Shown here: piece after piece, positions 53,553 through 62,911 of the stretch
How the letters are laid out: every line of letters begins with the position of its first letter
How positions within the stretch are numbered: position 1 is the first letter of the stretch
Source of the DNA: an uncultured Candidatus Saccharibacteria bacterium
GTDB taxonomy: Bacteria; Patescibacteriota; Minisyncoccia; UBA6257; 2-01-FULL-56-20
Direction: 5' to 3'
DNA length: 64,000 nt
Assembly (NCBI GenBank): GCA_964505005.1
Contig: CAZDFQ010000001.1
Location: 50,458 to 114,457, forward strand
Translations under genes and position numbers: made by a program
Notes under the pieces: model-generated
Told to the model about the DNA's origin: nothing
What the model saw: only the letters and a program-made list of their open reading frames with translations
Database searches by the model: none

Positions 53553-53686
53553 ATGCCAGGTAGTGAAAATTCGACTGTTATGCTATAGCATAACACCTAA
53601 ATAAGTCGTCATTATCCAGGCTAATCATCGTAAATAAATATATAAATGTTGGAATTGATAAACTAAATCGAATTTCTACTACCTTG
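53553..53686. mobile_element. second copy of the 131-bp MITE-like element, ending 1 nt before the cysS start codon
   Basis: CCAGGTAGTGAAAATTCGACTGTTATGCTATAGCATAACACCT...CGAATTTCTACTACCTTG; related palindrome GTGTTATGCTA(T/C)(A/G)GCATAACAC also at ~40517 and ~49668. Confidence 0.6.
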
Positions 53687-53687
53687 T

Positions 53688-55133
53688 ATGAAAAATCGAA
53701 TTCGTATTTTCGACACCTTATCGGCTAAAAAGAAAATTTTGAAGCCATCGAGGGGCAGCGCCATCCGGCTTTTTGTGTGCGGGCCGACGGTCTATGACTA
53801 CAGCCATCTTGGCCACGCCCGAACTTATGTTTTTTTTGATTTTCTAGTCAAATACCTCAGGAATCGCGGCTTGAAAGTTTTTTATCTTCAGAACATCACC
53901 AATGTTGACGACAGAATCATCAAGCGCGCCAGAGAAAACGGCAAGGACCCTCTCAAGCTGGCTGATTTTTTCACCAAAGAGTATTTCCGCGATATGAAAT
54001 CGCTCGGCATCAATTCTGTTGATGTTTATGCGCCGGCTACCAGATTCATCCCCCCAATCGTGAGACAGGTCAAAACCCTTCTTAAAAAAGGTTATGCCTA
54101 CAAAATAGAAAACGACGGTTATTATTTTGACATTTCGCGCTTTCCCGAATACGGGAAATTATCCAAGCGGACGGCCGGTCAGGCCGAAGACGCGGTCTCG
54201 AGAATTGACGAAAGCGTCCGCAAAAGGAATAAAGGCGATTTTTGTTTGTGGAAGCTTGGGCAAAAACAGACGATAACTTCGAAATCGTTTGCCGTCATTA
54301 ACGGCGAACCGCTTTGGGAAACTTCCCTCGGCTGGGGCCGGCCGGGCTGGCATATTGAAGACACGGCGATTTCCGAACATTATTTCGGGCCACAATACGA
54401 CCTTCACGGCGGCGGCCTGGATTTGAAATTCCCCCATCATGAAGCCGAGATTGCCCAGCAGGAAGCCGCCTCGGGCAAAAAACCATTTGTCGAAATCTGG
54501 CTGCACACCGGTATGCTCTACATCGAAGGCAAAAAAATGAGCAAAAGTTTGGGAAACTTTATCACCATCAGGTCGGCGCTGAAAAAATATCCATCATCGG
54601 CGCTTCGTTTTCTCTTTTTGAGTCATCATTATCGTTCGCCGCTTGATTTCAAAAAAACTCAAATCGAGAAGGTGGAAAATACCCTGAAAGATGTTCGATT
54701 GTTCATCGGTAAACTCGATTTTATCATTAAGAAACAAAAAATTTCTCGCCGACCCAAATTGAAAATAAAAAATTATTCTCAAGCTTTTTTTGAAGCGCTG
54801 GATGACGATATAAATACTCCAAAGGCATTGGCTGTTTTATTCAAGCTTTTCTCCGAAGCCAACAAAATAGTTTTTCAGCTGAACAAGGCAGCGGCGCGGC
54901 GAATCAAAGAATTTGTCAAAAAAAGCTTCTCTCTTTTCGGCGTAAACTTCTCCTTGCCGAAAATTCCTTTAAAAATAAAGCGTCTGGCGGCTGAACGGGA
55001 GGAATTCCGAAGAAACAAACAGTTTATCCAGTCCGATGCCTTGCGGAAAAAAATCGCTTCATTAGGATATGTAATTGAAGATACACCAATAGGTCCCTTT
55101 CTGTGGCCTAAAATCCGAAGCACGAAATTCTAA
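53688..55133 (+). CDS. cysS: cysteine--tRNA ligase
   Basis: 481 aa; CGPTVYDYSHLGHAR (HIGH) and KMSKSLGN motifs. Confidence 0.9.
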   Translation: MKNRIRIFDTLSAKKKILKPSRGSAIRLFVCGPTVYDYSHLGHARTYVFFDFLVKYLRNRGLKVFYLQNITNVDDRIIKRARENGKDPLKLADFFTKEYFRDMKSLGINSVDVYAPATRFIPPIVRQVKTLLKKGYAYKIENDGYYFDISRFPEYGKLSKRTAGQAEDAVSRIDESVRKRNKGDFCLWKLGQKQTITSKSFAVINGEPLWETSLGWGRPGWHIEDTAISEHYFGPQYDLHGGGLDLKFPHHEAEIAQQEAASGKKPFVEIWLHTGMLYIEGKKMSKSLGNFITIRSALKKYPSSALRFLFLSHHYRSPLDFKKTQIEKVENTLKDVRLFIGKLDFIIKKQKISRRPKLKIKNYSQAFFEALDDDINTPKALAVLFKLFSEANKIVFQLNKAAARRIKEFVKKSFSLFGVNFSLPKIPLKIKRLAAEREEFRRNKQFIQSDALRKKIASLGYVIEDTPIGPFLWPKIRSTKF

Positions 55134-55291
55134 ACAAATCCAAATGTCAAAATCCAAATTTCAAATCAAGCTCAAAGTTCAAAATTTTTATCATTTGGAT
55201 TTTGCCCGGCCTTCGCAGCCGAAGCGGCTGCTTCGGCGGAGTAGGCGATTTGATTTGAAATTTGAGCTTTGAAGTTTGGCATTAAAAATTT
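55134..55291. repeat. composite palindromic intergenic repeat (family 1, CCAAAT variant) with central GCAGCCGAAGCGGCTGCTTCGGCGG hairpin
   Basis: aaatccaaatgtcaaaatccaaatttcaaatcaagctcaaagttcaaa...gccttcgcagccgaagcggctgcttcggcggagtaggcgatttgatttgaaatttgagctttgaagtttgg. Confidence 0.7.
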
Positions 55292-56671
55292 ATGGCCAAA
55301 AAATCCCAATTAAAACTTCCGCCGCAGAATCTCGAAGCCGAACAGTCGGTGCTCGGCTGTATTCTGATAGATAAAAACGTGATTTTTAAAGTTGCCGATG
55401 TTCTGACGCCGAAAGATTTTTATGCGCCGGCTCATGAAAAAATCTTTGAAACGATTCTCGAACTCTACGACAAGCACCAGCCGATTGACATTCTGACTTT
55501 GACTAATCGCCTCAAGGAAAAAGAAGTTCTTGCTGATGTCGGCGGTTCTTCCTATCTTGCCGAACTGACCAACCAGGTGACCACGGCCGCTCATGTCGAC
55601 CACTATGTTAAAATCGTCCGCGAGAAAAAAGTTCTCCGCGACCTTATCGAGGCCTCGGCCGAAGTCACCGAAGACGCTTTTGAATCGACGAAAGAGGTGG
55701 AAGAAATTCTTGACAGCATCGAACAGAAAATTCTTTCCATTTCCCAGAAATCGTCGCCGCAGAATTTTGTCCATTTGCGGGACGAATTGAGGCCGGCTTA
55801 TGAACGAATAGAAAAACTGCACCAGGGCAAAGGAATTCTCCGCGGCATCGCGACCGGTTTTACGGAACTGGATAATCTTCTTTCTGGCCTCCAGACATCG
55901 GATTTAATAATTCTCGGCGCCCGGCCGTCGCTCGGCAAAACCGCTTTGGCTCTAGACATCGCCCGCCAGGCGGCCGCGAAAGCCAATTTGCCGGTCGGCG
56001 TATTTTCCTTGGAAATGTCCCGCGAACAGGTCATTGACCGCATCATTGCCGCCGAATCCCAGGTGCCGCTTTGGAAACTCCGCACCGGCCGGATAAACGA
56101 TGATTTGGAATTTGAAATGATTCAGGCCGCGCTCGACAAACTCTCGCAGATAAATATTTTCATCGACGATACGCCTTCGCCGAACATCATCCAGATGCGC
56201 TCAATGGCCAGACGCTTGCAGCTCGAACACGGCTTGGGTCTTCTGGTCATCGATTATCTTCAACTTATCGCGCCGCGGACCAATTCTGAAAATATGGTTC
56301 AGCAGATTACTGAAATTTCCCGGGGATTGAAAGCTTTGGCGCGGGAACTGAACGTCCCGATTCTGGCGGTTTCCCAGCTTTCCCGCGCGGTTGACCAGCG
56401 GGACAACAAAATCCCTCGTTTGTCGGACCTCCGAGAAAGCGGCAGCATCGAGCAGGACGCTGATGTGGTTCTTTTCATTTATCGGAAAGACCGCGACCGG
56501 ATGGATTTGCCAGCCGAAGAGCAAAATGTCGCCGAAATTCTCATTGCCAAACACCGGAACGGGCCGCTCGGTTCCGTGAAATTGAAATTCGACCAGGAAC
56601 GGGTAACTTTCCGGAACATGGAAACGCGCTACAGCGAAGAGCCCTCGGAAGTGCTGGAAAGCAACCTCTGA
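55292..56671 (+). CDS. dnaB: replicative DNA helicase DnaB
   Basis: 459 aa; N-terminal PQNLEAEQSVLGCILID, Walker A GARPSLGKTALAL, RecA-like C-domain. Confidence 0.9.
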   Translation: MAKKSQLKLPPQNLEAEQSVLGCILIDKNVIFKVADVLTPKDFYAPAHEKIFETILELYDKHQPIDILTLTNRLKEKEVLADVGGSSYLAELTNQVTTAAHVDHYVKIVREKKVLRDLIEASAEVTEDAFESTKEVEEILDSIEQKILSISQKSSPQNFVHLRDELRPAYERIEKLHQGKGILRGIATGFTELDNLLSGLQTSDLIILGARPSLGKTALALDIARQAAAKANLPVGVFSLEMSREQVIDRIIAAESQVPLWKLRTGRINDDLEFEMIQAALDKLSQINIFIDDTPSPNIIQMRSMARRLQLEHGLGLLVIDYLQLIAPRTNSENMVQQITEISRGLKALARELNVPILAVSQLSRAVDQRDNKIPRLSDLRESGSIEQDADVVLFIYRKDRDRMDLPAEEQNVAEILIAKHRNGPLGSVKLKFDQERVTFRNMETRYSEEPSEVLESNL

Positions 56672-56792
56672 CCATAAAAATCCAAATATAAAAATCCAAA
56701 TTTCAAATCAATGACTAAAATCAAAAATCCCCGCCTGCGGCAGGCAGGCAAAATTTGAGTTCTGGGATAGAATTTGATTTGACATTCGAGCT
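56672..56792. repeat. composite palindromic intergenic repeat (family 1, CCAAAT variant) with central CCCCGCCTGCGGCAGGCAGG hairpin
   Basis: aaaaatccaaatataaaaatccaaatttcaaatcaatgactaaaatcaaaaatccccgcctgcggcaggcaggcaaaatttgagttctgggatagaatttgatttgacattcgagctttgaaatttga. Confidence 0.7.
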
Positions 56793-57431
56793 TTGAAATT
56801 TGATATTTCAATGAAGCTTCCGGAACAGGTTAGAAAACTCATTGATACCCTTGCCGAATTGCCATCCATCGGACCCAGGCAAGCCACCCGGCTGGTTTTT
56901 TATCTCATTAACAAGGGTCAGGACAGTATTCAAAATTTAGCGCGGAATATTGACGAGCTTAAAAGAATAAAAGTTTGCAGCCGCTGTTTTTTTATTCATC
57001 AAAATGTCGATAATCGCTGCGACATTTGCCGGAATCCGGCCCGGCGCCAGAACGTTATTATGCTCGTTGAAAAAGAAACCGATTTGCTTTCAATTGAGAA
57101 TACAGGAAAATTTCAGGGTCGCTATTTTATTTTAGGGGCTATTCCCAAAACCGGACTACTGGAGGACTGGCAGAAACTACGACTGCAAAGTCTGAAAAGT
57201 TTTATAGAAAAAGACTTGAACAGCCCTTCAACAGGCTCAGGGCAAGCCGAGGAAATCATTTTGGGCTTCAACCCGACCAGCTCCGGCGATTTCAACGCTT
57301 CCTTGCTCGAAAAAGAATTAAAACCCTATGCCAAAAAAATCAGCCGCCTCGGCCGGGGCTTGCCCACCGGCGGCGAGATAGAGTTTGCCGATGATGAAAC
57401 TTTAGGAAGCGCATTGGAGAAAAGAGGATGA
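56793..57431 (+). CDS. recR: recombination protein RecR
   Basis: 212 aa; LIDTLAELPSIGPRQATRLVFYL HhH, C4 zinc finger CSRCFFIHQNVDNRCDIC, Toprim. Confidence 0.85.
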   Translation: MKFDISMKLPEQVRKLIDTLAELPSIGPRQATRLVFYLINKGQDSIQNLARNIDELKRIKVCSRCFFIHQNVDNRCDICRNPARRQNVIMLVEKETDLLSIENTGKFQGRYFILGAIPKTGLLEDWQKLRLQSLKSFIEKDLNSPSTGSGQAEEIILGFNPTSSGDFNASLLEKELKPYAKKISRLGRGLPTGGEIEFADDETLGSALEKRG

Positions 57432-57507
57432 AATATAAATTAACTATTATTATATCGCATATGTGATATAATAATAGTAAGAATAACTTAGCTGCCAAAT
57501 CTTTGAA

Positions 57508-58641
57508 TCAGCCGTGTCTTATCACCACCACATCGCCATCTTGGACCTCGTATTCTTTCCCTTCCAGCCGAATCAAACCTTTCTGCTTGGCCTGATTCCA
57601 GCAGTTCGACTGCCCTGAGCTCACCGTTGAAGGGCCGCCCGCCTCAATCAGTTTTTGCCAATTAATCACTTCGGCTCTGATGAATTTTTTCTCAAAATCC
57701 GAATGAATCACGCCGGCCGCTTCTGGCGCGAGCGTCCCCTTTTTGATTGTCCAAGCCCGAGTTTCGTCTTCGCCGGTGGTGAAAAAACTTATTAAATCAA
57801 GAATCTCATAACTCTTTTTTATCAAATCCGACATTCTCACATTCTGCAGAATGTGAGAATGTTCTGTTTCGGCCAAGTCGGCGATGATATAATCTGCGTC
57901 CAGCTCTTTTATTTTCTGCCGGAGTTCCACCGAAACATCGAACTCCTTGCCGTTCAGCAAATAAATCTGTTTTTTGGCTGTGAGTAAATTCAACTCAACT
58001 ATGGAACCATTCCCGCCTTCGCCAAGGCTTCGGCGGGCAGGCGCTCGCTTGTCCGCCGTAGTTTTAACGGAGGCGGAAATTAGAGACATAATTTCATCTG
58101 AACTCACCGGCAGATTCCCTTTCTCCAGCCATTCTTTGAGCCGTTGAAGAGCATCTTTTGTCTGGAGCGCTTCTTTTTTGCCGGTACGGGCTTCTGATTC
58201 AGCTTTATCCAGCCGGCGCGAAACCGTTTCCAAATCCTTAAAAATCAATTCCGTGTTTATTGTTTCCAAGTCGCGCAACGAGTCCGGCTCGCCCTCGATA
58301 TGAATGATTTCCGGATTTTTGAAAACGCGGAGAACAATTACAATCGCCTGGGTTTCCCGGATGTGCGACAAAAACTGGTTGCCGAGCCCCTCGCCCTTGT
58401 AAGACCCTTTAACCAGGCCGGCAATGTCATAAAACTCCACCACGGCCGGAATGATTTTTTTCGAATGGCTGATTTCCGCCAGTTTCTGGAGCCGCTCATC
58501 CGGCACCGAAACCACGCCGACATTCGGGTCAATCGTCGCAAACGGGTAATTGGCGATATTAACTTCCTGTTTGGTTAAAATTTTAAAAAGCGTCGATTTG
58601 CCGACGTTCGGCAAACCGACGATGCCAATAGATAGTTTCAT
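57508..58641 (-). CDS. ychF: ribosome-binding ATPase YchF (Obg-family GTPase) carrying an in-frame GC-hairpin insertion
   Basis: 377 aa; MKLSIGIVGLPNVGKSTLFKILT, C-terminal TGS (...GKEYEVQDGDVVVIRHG); insert ~57990-58060 (cccgccttcgccaaggcttcggcggg) encodes ...KRAPARRSLGEGGNGS... Confidence 0.85.
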   Translation of the reverse strand: MKLSIGIVGLPNVGKSTLFKILTKQEVNIANYPFATIDPNVGVVSVPDERLQKLAEISHSKKIIPAVVEFYDIAGLVKGSYKGEGLGNQFLSHIRETQAIVIVLRVFKNPEIIHIEGEPDSLRDLETINTELIFKDLETVSRRLDKAESEARTGKKEALQTKDALQRLKEWLEKGNLPVSSDEIMSLISASVKTTADKRAPARRSLGEGGNGSIVELNLLTAKKQIYLLNGKEFDVSVELRQKIKELDADYIIADLAETEHSHILQNVRMSDLIKKSYEILDLISFFTTGEDETRAWTIKKGTLAPEAAGVIHSDFEKKFIRAEVINWQKLIEAGGPSTVSSGQSNCWNQAKQKGLIRLEGKEYEVQDGDVVVIRHG

Positions 58642-58905
58642 AAAGTTAGAAATTAAAGATGAGAAATGAGAAATTAGGACTGCTCCAGAGATATTCTACA
58701 ATCGGTAGCGAGAAGAAAGCAATTGTAGGGCATTTGTTTTCGAGGAGCGAACCGATTGGTGAAGTGAAGCTTCATACAACTACAACTATTCGCATCATTC
58801 GCCTAACATTCGCAGATTAGCATTATGTTTGAAAACAAAAGGGAACCGGTCATCGCGCAGTTGCCCGAACTGCGCTCGCGGTTCCCGAACTCTTGGGCTT
58901 AGGGG

Positions 58906-59436
58906 CTATCTTACGAAGTACGGCCGGTGTTCCGGCGCCGGCCTGACCGAACCCGGTTGCGGCTGGCGATGGGGCTGGTATGGGTCGCCGCAGGCGTCCT
59001 GATGGACCCGACCGTCTCGGTCTGTCCACCCCTCGCCGCGGAGCACCGCGGCCAGGGCCTGGCCGGCAACGGCCCGCAGTAGCCCATCCCCCTTGTTCGC
59101 GAAGTGGAGGGGGACGGGAAGGATGATGACGCCGTCTCCCTTCTGGAAACGAAGGGAGAATTTCCTGAGGCCGGGGGTGTCGGCCAAAAACACCCCTTCA
59201 TAGGCCCCGCTTTTGAGGGTCACGTTCCGGGTTTCGCCATTGGCGAGCCGAACCGAGAGCTGACCCTCACGGCTGGAGATTGATTCCTTCCAGCCGCTGA
59301 ATTCCATACATCGGCCGCGGGGGCCGGGGTCGGAAGCCATGGCGACCATAGCTTCCAAAACTTTCTCGCCAGCGCCCCCGCGCGCTGACGAAATAACGCC
59401 TGTCAACTGCTTCCCGGGTCTCACATACCTCGCCAT
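58906..59436 (-). CDS. hypothetical protein in a ~63% GC islet
   Basis: 176 aa ORF, no motif recognised; GC-rich context produces many spurious ORFs, so weak. Confidence 0.25.
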   Translation of the reverse strand: MARYVRPGKQLTGVISSARGGAGEKVLEAMVAMASDPGPRGRCMEFSGWKESISSREGQLSVRLANGETRNVTLKSGAYEGVFLADTPGLRKFSLRFQKGDGVIILPVPLHFANKGDGLLRAVAGQALAAVLRGEGWTDRDGRVHQDACGDPYQPHRQPQPGSVRPAPEHRPYFVR

Positions 59437-59643
59437 AGCACGCCCCCCTTAATTTAGTAATGACAAATTGCTCCCCCTCCTCCGACTCCAGTCGGAGAAG
59501 TTCAAACCGCCCTATTGCGGTCTGAAGATTGGGTATGCGAATGGCCTTGGCGAATAGGCACATGCGAATTTTACTTATTCGAGGATACCCAATCTTCAAA
59601 TCGCAAAAAACATTTTTAGAATAAAATGTCTTTCTGGTCTTTG

Positions 59644-60885
59644 TCAACTCCGCGCGGACTTTGTCTCGAGTTGCCTCATAATTTTATTTTTCTCCGAAAG
59701 TTCGATTTTGGACTTGGCAACCGCTTTTTTCATAATTTCAATGGTCTGGTCGTAAGTTGGCCGGTCAATAGGATAGGGCGTGGCGTCTTTGCCGCCAAAA
59801 GCGAAACTGTAGCGCGCCGGGTCTTCATAAGACGGCTCGGCGCCGTAGATTACTTCGGAAACCAAGGAGAGGGCCCGAACTGTTTTGGGACCAACGCCAG
59901 CCGTTGAAAGAAGTTTCTCATATTTCTCTGGTTTTTCATCAGTGAGTTTGGCGAGAATTTTTTCGAGATAGCGGCTGTTCCAGAAATTCTCGTTTTCCAC
60001 CGGATGGTGACGAAATTCAATATTTTGAAGTTCAAGCCAGCTGAACAATTCTCCCTGCCGGTTTTTCAGGCCAATCATCTGGCTCAATCGCGAGGTATGC
60101 CGCCGGATGAGTTGGATATCTTTCATCAAGGTTTTAAAACTAGCTTCAACCAATTCCACGCTCGTTTGCCGCGTGCCTTCGCTTCTTTGAGCAGTCAAAT
60201 CAAGGGTCGGCGCTTTAAGCCCCGAGACAATGCCGCTGTGCGGCTCGCAAACTAAATCTTTTATGTTCCCCGAATACCAATGATATCTTCTGGCCGTGAC
60301 GGCTTCGGTATTCATCCCCTGCTGAATGACAGCCCAAGAACCGGAACGACTGAAGAAAAATGAGTGATGATAAATCTGAAAGCCGTCCTGCACCAGAGCC
60401 GAATCAACCTTGGCCGCCATTTTGGAATTATAAGTCAGATTACTGACTACGCCGCCGGCTAAGCCGAGCCGCGAACCCCAGCTTTTAATTTCCTCGGGCG
60501 TTTTCCGTGAGGTCCTACCTTTGCCGCCGCAAATGAAAATTCCCAATTCTTTTTCCTGGCCGCGAATCGCTTCTTTGAGCGCAGCGGTTAGAATCGTGGT
60601 CAGGCCACTCGCATTCCAATCAAAAGCCAAGACCGTACCCAGAGATTGGAACCATACCGGGTCGCTGATTCTTCTGATAAATTCATCGGGTCCGAGCTCG
60701 GCAACTAAAATTTCGGTCATTTGGCGGCCGAGTTTGACCATCCGCTGAAAAAGCCATTTAGGGCAACGGCCTTCGTCAAGAGTAAATGTGGCAATGCCGC
60801 GGTTCATAATTATCCATTGTACTCTCTTTTGTACTCTCTTTCTAACCGCGTTCCTACCAATCTCCTCCCCACATTTCTCGTTCAA
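59644..60885 (-). CDS. DUF763-like protein (hypothetical)
   Basis: 413 aa; probable start at internal MNRGIATFTLDEGRCPKWLFQRMVKLGRQMTEILV (~60807); resembles the conserved N-terminus of DUF763 proteins from memory only. Confidence 0.4.
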   Translation of the reverse strand: MNEKCGEEIGRNAVRKRVQKRVQWIIMNRGIATFTLDEGRCPKWLFQRMVKLGRQMTEILVAELGPDEFIRRISDPVWFQSLGTVLAFDWNASGLTTILTAALKEAIRGQEKELGIFICGGKGRTSRKTPEEIKSWGSRLGLAGGVVSNLTYNSKMAAKVDSALVQDGFQIYHHSFFFSRSGSWAVIQQGMNTEAVTARRYHWYSGNIKDLVCEPHSGIVSGLKAPTLDLTAQRSEGTRQTSVELVEASFKTLMKDIQLIRRHTSRLSQMIGLKNRQGELFSWLELQNIEFRHHPVENENFWNSRYLEKILAKLTDEKPEKYEKLLSTAGVGPKTVRALSLVSEVIYGAEPSYEDPARYSFAFGGKDATPYPIDRPTYDQTIEIMKKAVAKSKIELSEKNKIMRQLETKSARS

Positions 60886-61111
60886 AGGCGCGAGCTTCTC
60901 GCCGTTGCTCTTCCGAAGGATTTTTAAGCCGCTCCTCTATCAAATGCCACTCCAAAAGATTGCCGCGATTAGTTCGAATCCGGCGGACATACACATCTTC
61001 CTTTTTTATACCGGGTGGCAATTGCTCCCACCAGTTATCAGTATCCTCAACGACGCCCTTTACTATTTGCGCCAACTCCTCTTCTTCCTTGAATTTAGAT
61101 TCGTCTTCCAT
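60854..61111 (-). CDS. small hypothetical protein
   Basis: 85 aa, charged, no motif. Confidence 0.25.
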   Translation of the reverse strand: MEDESKFKEEEELAQIVKGVVEDTDNWWEQLPPGIKKEDVYVRRIRTNRGNLLEWHLIEERLKNPSEEQRREARAFEREMWGGDW

Positions 61112-61202
61112 ACTAAACTAATACCTCAGGCGATTTCGTTTTCTTATTTAATAAATTTATGAGTCCGCATCATTCGCCTAAGTATTCGCGATATCCGCAT
61201 TA

Positions 61203-61829
61203 TTATCTTCTATTATAACGCCCCATAAGTTCGGCTTGAGCTAAGATATGTCCTTCCATAACAGCCAGAAGATTGTTTTTCGTGGTTGTTTCTTTTGGCA
61301 AATCAAGTTCAGTATCAAGGGCGTAAATCTTGAAAAAGTAACGATGCTCGCGGTCAGGCGGACAAGGACTCTGGTAGCCGAACCGGCCGCCAGTATTTTT
61401 GCCGACTACTCCTTCGGGAGTTGCTCCTTCAGAAATAACGCTTGTTTGCGGCGGGATATTCCAAACAAGCCAATGGTCCCAGACGCCGTCGGGCCTAATT
61501 GATTTCGGCGCATCCGGGTCATCCATAGTCAAAACCAAACTCTTGGCATTTTCCGGAACGCCGTCTATCCGCAATTCAGGACTGATATTCTGGCCAGCGC
61601 AGGTGTATTTGACGGGGATGACCCCGCCGTTATTGAAAGCCGGGCTTTGAATATTCATAGCTTTTGAAATTAAGGTTTCCGGCGGCGACTGGGGCGGAGA
61701 CAAAACAGTTGACGGTTCTGTTGGTTTAAGCTTTGGCCCGGGCACCAAAATCAGAACCGCCAGCATAATCAAAATCAGTGCTCCCAACCCGATTGCGATT
61801 ATTATAATATTTTTCTGCATTTCAAACAA
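61203..61829 (-). CDS. YbhB/YbcL (PEBP/RKIP-like) family protein, membrane-anchored
   Basis: 208 aa; N-terminal TM; ...DPDAP...HWLVWNIP...HRYFFKIYALD PEBP signature. Confidence 0.75.
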   Translation of the reverse strand: MFEMQKNIIIIAIGLGALILIMLAVLILVPGPKLKPTEPSTVLSPPQSPPETLISKAMNIQSPAFNNGGVIPVKYTCAGQNISPELRIDGVPENAKSLVLTMDDPDAPKSIRPDGVWDHWLVWNIPPQTSVISEGATPEGVVGKNTGGRFGYQSPCPPDREHRYFFKIYALDTELDLPKETTTKNNLLAVMEGHILAQAELMGRYNRR

Positions 61830-62154
61830 TTTGGTTTTTCAGCCAAGCAAAATATTTCCGATTAAAACTTACCGGGATTTTGGCGATACAGGGAATAGAA
61901 TAAGGATGAATTTTCTCCACTTCTTTTTTTATTTTTCCAAAATCAGCCGCGGCGGTTTTGGCAAGCAAAATATATTCATTTTCATCCACCAATTTTCCTC
62001 CCCAATGATATAAACTATTTACCGGCCCGAAAATATTGGCGCAGGCAATCAATTTTCTCTTCAGGAGATGCCGGGCGACGCGGCGGGCTTGTTTTTTTGA
62101 CGGATTGGTAATGTAAATAAAAAGAGCTCGCATAAATTTTATTGTCTGAACCAC
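61822..62154 (-). CDS. cutA: divalent-cation tolerance protein CutA
   Basis: 110 aa; ...CANIFGPVNSLYHWGGKLVDENEYILLAKT...HPYSIPCI CutA1 pattern. Confidence 0.7.
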   Translation of the reverse strand: MVQTIKFMRALFIYITNPSKKQARRVARHLLKRKLIACANIFGPVNSLYHWGGKLVDENEYILLAKTAAADFGKIKKEVEKIHPYSIPCIAKIPVSFNRKYFAWLKNQIV

Positions 62155-62666
62155 TTGGATTTCTTGAATTTCTTCAGGCCTTCAGTCCTTCTCTCGTCTT
62201 TGGCATCCTCGTTCTTCAGAAAGTCCTCGTACTCTCCCCGCAGAAATCCAACCATAATTTCGCTTCTCGGCTTGCTCGTCCCCGGATAGCGCCAGGCGCT
62301 GATTATTTTAATAACTTCTTGTCCCTTGTCGCTTGTCCCTTTTCGCTTTTTTTGGAGCATTACCCAAATCTCCTGATTCCAGGTCTCTTGCCTCTTGTCT
62401 TCTCTTGCTGAAGCGGGTTTGCCCGCCCAAGTTTTCCCGTGGAAAATTTGGGTGGGCTGCATCATGGCGATGGTTTTCGGCGCGATGCCTTCTTCAATGC
62501 GCTTGGGCGAATGGATAACCCGCTTGACTCTCGCTTCGGACAGCCGGTAGAAACGCATTTTCTCGCGGCTGTGATAGGTCCAATATAACCGGGTAGTAGA
62601 AATTCGATTTATTTCAGCTGACATTTTTGTTTTTACTCGACTTGACGATACTATCCTGAGACACAA
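62139..62666 (-). CDS. DUF4258-like N-terminal domain protein with C-terminal extension containing GC-rich in-frame inserts
   Basis: 175 aa; ...YWTYHSREKMRFYRLSEARVKRVIHSPKRIEEG fits the DUF4258 H..R...R.IS...V..VI..P..IE pattern; inserts ~62300-62440 share gtctcttgcctcttg and gcccgcc(c)aag with the smc insert. Confidence 0.4.
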   Translation of the reverse strand: MCLRIVSSSRVKTKMSAEINRISTTRLYWTYHSREKMRFYRLSEARVKRVIHSPKRIEEGIAPKTIAMMQPTQIFHGKTWAGKPASAREDKRQETWNQEIWVMLQKKRKGTSDKGQEVIKIISAWRYPGTSKPRSEIMVGFLRGEYEDFLKNEDAKDERRTEGLKKFKKSKWFRQ

Positions 62667-62911
62667 TCTTCAATTATTATTGGCCATCGAAGACGGACAG
62701 ATCGAATTTTCACTACCCGGTAAAAGTTTTCGATTTCTGAAAAATCATTGAAGCAGAATTCCTGGCTGTTTACTGCTGTTTACTATTACTATATAACAAT
62801 TGTTATATAGTAATAGTAGAGCGCAGAACCGAAACCACTGCATTTACTATTATTAACGATTTCTCGGAGGGCGCGGGGATATAGAGGGACGGAATACGGA
62901 TATATTAAAAA

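Noticed and set aside
2462-56792. CRISPR array call for the family-1 intergenic repeats (TAAATCC/TAATTTC units)
   Set aside because: Units are 7-nt, degenerate, arranged as inverted arms around a hairpin and dispersed across many spacers rather than forming one repeat-spacer array.
58906-59647. Two overlapping ORFs in the 63% GC islet (58906..59436 and 59267..59647) as confident genes
   Set aside because: High GC generates long open frames on several strands. Neither has a recognisable motif or SD. The longer one is kept only as a low-confidence hypothetical.
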